From NCBI GenBank assembly GCA_963695075.1, contig CAVOFR010000005.1, positions 196,352 through 260,351 on the forward strand: a stretch of 64,000 nucleotides of DNA, written 5' to 3'. A program made the position numbers and the translations under genes. The first letter of the stretch is position 1. The number at the start of each line of letters is the position of its first letter. The notes under the pieces were generated by a model that was not told the DNA's origin, searched no databases, and was given only the letters and a program-made list of their open reading frames with translations. Of this stretch, positions 61,811-64,000 are shown one piece after another. The stretch comes from an uncultured Acidimicrobiales bacterium (GTDB taxonomy: Bacteria > Actinomycetota > Acidimicrobiia > Acidimicrobiales > CAWCAL01).

Positions 61811-63226
61811 TCAGCCGGCCCCGAGGAGAGCGAGGAGCTCGTCTCGCTCGACACCGAGTTTCGGTTCCGGCGGCCGCTGATCGCGATCCTGGTAGACGTT
61901 CATGACGCGACCGATCACCTCGGTGTCTCGTAGGAGCTCCTCGGGCGACTGGAGCAGGTTGAGGCTTCGCAGGAACGCTCGGAGCACGACCGGATCGGTC
62001 CGCACCGCGGGGAGCAGGCCCTCTCGTACGACCTCTTCCATGAAATCGGCGGGGTCCCCTTCCTGGGTGTCCTGGGCCACCGCGGCCCGATACCAGGGTC
62101 GGATCTCGGCGTCGGTGGCCCGTTCGAACGCTCGTGCGATCGCAGCGAGGTCGTCGGGATCGTCCTCGATGGCGGCGCAGAGAAGTGTCGCGTGGACGAA
62201 CGCAAGTGAGCAGCCCCGGCCGTAGAGCGGATTGGTGCAGGTATGTGCGTCGCCGAGGGCCGCGAAACCGTGCACGCGAGGTGAACCGTCGTCGCGGAGG
62301 AACTCGCGACGCCGGTTGAGCAGCTTCGCCATGACGTAGGTGTCGGTCACGGGAACCGCAGTCTCGGACGCGAGCCAGGGTCGCGCGTCGACGATCGTCG
62401 ACGCCGCGATGTCGAAGCCGTCGACGGAACGGAGCCGAGTCCGGAGGTCAGCGTCGTCGGAACCACAGGCCAGGGTCATCGAGAACGTGTCATTGTCCCC
62501 GGGGAATAGTCCGTACTTGAGATAACCGAGATCGCCGCCGACCGGTCGGTTCTGGGCGGGCGGGTCGACCCCTTCGCGCCGGCGGTAGAACTTCGAGAAG
62601 TAGACGATCCCGGTGTCCGCGACCTCTTCGGGGATCTCGACGCCGTGGGGTCCGAGAAGGCCGGGAACGTCCGCTCGGCGACCGTGGGCGGCAACGAAGA
62701 AGTCGCCGCCGATCCGCTCGGCCCCATCGGGGGAATCGACCAGGAATCCCGTCACGGTAGGTGTCGAATCGGGCGCTGCCGTCGCACCGGTGACCGAGAC
62801 GCCGTGGCGGAGGGTCACCGCCGGCATGGCGACGACCACGCGGCGAAGGGCCCATTCGAAGGTGGTGCGGCGGCAGGCCAGAGCCACGAGGTCCTCGTCG
62901 CCGGGGCGGACGGAGTGGTCGGGGAAGTCGTCGGGTAGGCCGTCCAGGAATCGCAGTTCGGTGGCACCGGAGTCCAACAACGCTCTGAGCACATCGGGGT
63001 AGTCGTCGCGCAGGAGGTTTCGGAGTCGGGCCAGGAATGCATGGGAATGGCGGACCTGCGGGGCACCCCTCCTGTCCCAGTCGAACGCCTCGTCAGCGGT
63101 GGCCGGGAGGGGTGTCGGATCCCGCTCGATCAGCGTGACGTCGTGACCGCGGCGACCCAGCACGAGTGCTGCGGCCAGTCCCGCGACGCCCGCTCCGGCG
63201 ACGACGATCTCAGCCACTTCGGTCAA
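61811..63226 (-). CDS. FAD-dependent oxidoreductase (monooxygenase / geranylgeranyl-reductase-like)
   Basis: N-terminal IVVAGAGVAGLAAALVLGRRGHDVTLIERD dinucleotide fold and a later GDA..C.NPLYGRG motif. 471 aa. Confidence 0.7.
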   Translation of the reverse strand: MTEVAEIVVAGAGVAGLAAALVLGRRGHDVTLIERDPTPLPATADEAFDWDRRGAPQVRHSHAFLARLRNLLRDDYPDVLRALLDSGATELRFLDGLPDDFPDHSVRPGDEDLVALACRRTTFEWALRRVVVAMPAVTLRHGVSVTGATAAPDSTPTVTGFLVDSPDGAERIGGDFFVAAHGRRADVPGLLGPHGVEIPEEVADTGIVYFSKFYRRREGVDPPAQNRPVGGDLGYLKYGLFPGDNDTFSMTLACGSDDADLRTRLRSVDGFDIAASTIVDARPWLASETAVPVTDTYVMAKLLNRRREFLRDDGSPRVHGFAALGDAHTCTNPLYGRGCSLAFVHATLLCAAIEDDPDDLAAIARAFERATDAEIRPWYRAAVAQDTQEGDPADFMEEVVREGLLPAVRTDPVVLRAFLRSLNLLQSPEELLRDTEVIGRVMNVYQDRDQRPPEPKLGVERDELLALLGAG

Positions 63227-63299
63227 CGGGCCCGGGGGTCATCCGGTGCAGTCTTGACCGCGCGGTCAAGACTGCCCAATTCGGCGCTACGGTGAGGGC

Positions 63300-63884
63300 A
63301 TGGTCAACGAGACCTCGCCGCCGCTTCATCCGGACCTCGAGCCACTCGCCGCCTTCGCGGGCATCTGGGAAGGCGAGGGCACCGGCGTATACCCGACGAT
63401 CGAACCCTTCGCGTACACCGAGACACTGACGATCGGACACGTGGGCAAACCGTTCCTCACCTGGGCCCAGCGGACCCGGGCCGCCGACGACGGTCGACCG
63501 CTCCACATCGAGACCGGCTACGTCCGGTGCCACTCGGACGAGGCAGGTCTGACCAGAGTCGAGCTCGTCGTGTCCCATCCGACCGGCCACGCCGAGGTCG
63601 CCGAGGGCACACTCGAGCACGACCGGCTCGAGGTCGAGAAGACGGCGGGACCGGTCGACGACGGGGTCGTCGTCACCAGCGCACGCACCGTCGAGCGCGT
63701 CAGCTCGTTGGCCGTCGACCTGATGTCCACGAGCGTCGCGTACTCGAGCTCGGCCAAGCCCGTGGACTCGCTCGAGCGCCGCCTTCGGCTCGACGGCGAC
63801 TCGCTCACCTACGTGATGCTGATGGGGGCGGTGGGGCTGGCCCACCAGGCACACCTCCGCGCTGCTCTCAGCCGCGTCGGATAG
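63300..63884 (+). CDS. Nitrobindin / FABP-like (UPF0678, THAP4-like heme-binding) protein
   Basis: LHPDLEPLAAFAGIWEGEGTGVYPTIEPFAYTETLTIGHVGKPFLTW is characteristic of the actinobacterial nitrobindin beta-barrel family. 194 aa. Confidence 0.72.
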   Translation: MVNETSPPLHPDLEPLAAFAGIWEGEGTGVYPTIEPFAYTETLTIGHVGKPFLTWAQRTRAADDGRPLHIETGYVRCHSDEAGLTRVELVVSHPTGHAEVAEGTLEHDRLEVEKTAGPVDDGVVVTSARTVERVSSLAVDLMSTSVAYSSSAKPVDSLERRLRLDGDSLTYVMLMGAVGLAHQAHLRAALSRVG

Positions 63885-64000
63885 CCCAACGGCCGACGAC
63901 GCTTCCACCGGTACGCTCATACCCGTGACCAAGGGCAGCTCCCCGAGGGGCCGGGCTCGCAAGATCCTGGTGGAGCGGATCGAAGGGGACATCTCCACGC

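Noticed and set aside
63210-63998. The 262-aa minus-strand ORF opposite the nitrobindin-like gene
   Set aside because: It is a shadow frame of a gene with a clear family signature on the plus strand, and its product has no motifs.
63925-64000. Possible gene start (GTG; VTKGSSPRGRARKILVERIEGDIST...) at the window edge
   Set aside because: Only 25 codons are visible and there is no diagnostic motif, so it cannot be distinguished from a chance open frame.

Overview
High-GC actinobacterial chromosome segment. The lineage (Actinomycetota, possibly Acidimicrobiia-like) is inferred only from synteny and protein signatures, since no database search was possible. All family names come from motif recognition and memory and need HMM or BLAST confirmation.

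Core blocks:
- rplA'-rplJ-rplL (1-1.5 kb)
- rpoB-rpoC (9.8-17.5 kb)
- LppM-like and OmpA-like envelope genes
- radA-disA
- crp-like / ispD-ispF-rlmB
- rpmB-rpmG
- LytR_C, otsB / otsA, glycerate kinase, AI-2E permease, MoaD-like carrier and a nitrobindin-like gene (56-64 kb)

Accessory blocks:
- (i) A 7.7 kb insert between rplL and rpoB: class-II xylA translationally coupled to a P450, an LPXTG surface protein, and a heterodimeric ABC exporter whose first gene carries a 1-nt frameshift.
- (ii) A decayed DUF222/HNH selfish-gene remnant after rlmB.
- (iii) A 27.5-41.2 kb block: flavin monooxygenase-like ACAD, GH29 fucosidase, DUF1269 membrane protein, CASTOR/POLLUX-type channel, and an anSME-LAL regulator-arylsulfatase locus.
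- (iv) A ~14.9 kb island (41.2-56.2 kb) bounded by a complete tRNA-Thr(UGU) and a 42-nt copy of its 3' half. It has arm-type repeats at both ends and an integrase N-terminal remnant fused to a truncated gnd. It carries a tightly coupled glycosidase / zwf / lactonase operon.

Best candidate for an undescribed system: a two-gene module present three times within 11.6 kb (31.1, 38.15 and 41.9 kb). The first gene is a soluble ~140-150 aa DUF6325-like protein. The second is a small protein with the N-terminal motif RTAAVAGTA plus an Arg-rich stretch, and it ends in a SHOCT tail in two of the three copies. The first gene looks like a membrane-less version of the DUF1269 protein encoded at 30.3 kb.

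Other notable items are a 3 x 30 bp in-frame tandem repeat that reiterates the rplL stop codon, and an acidic tail on L10.
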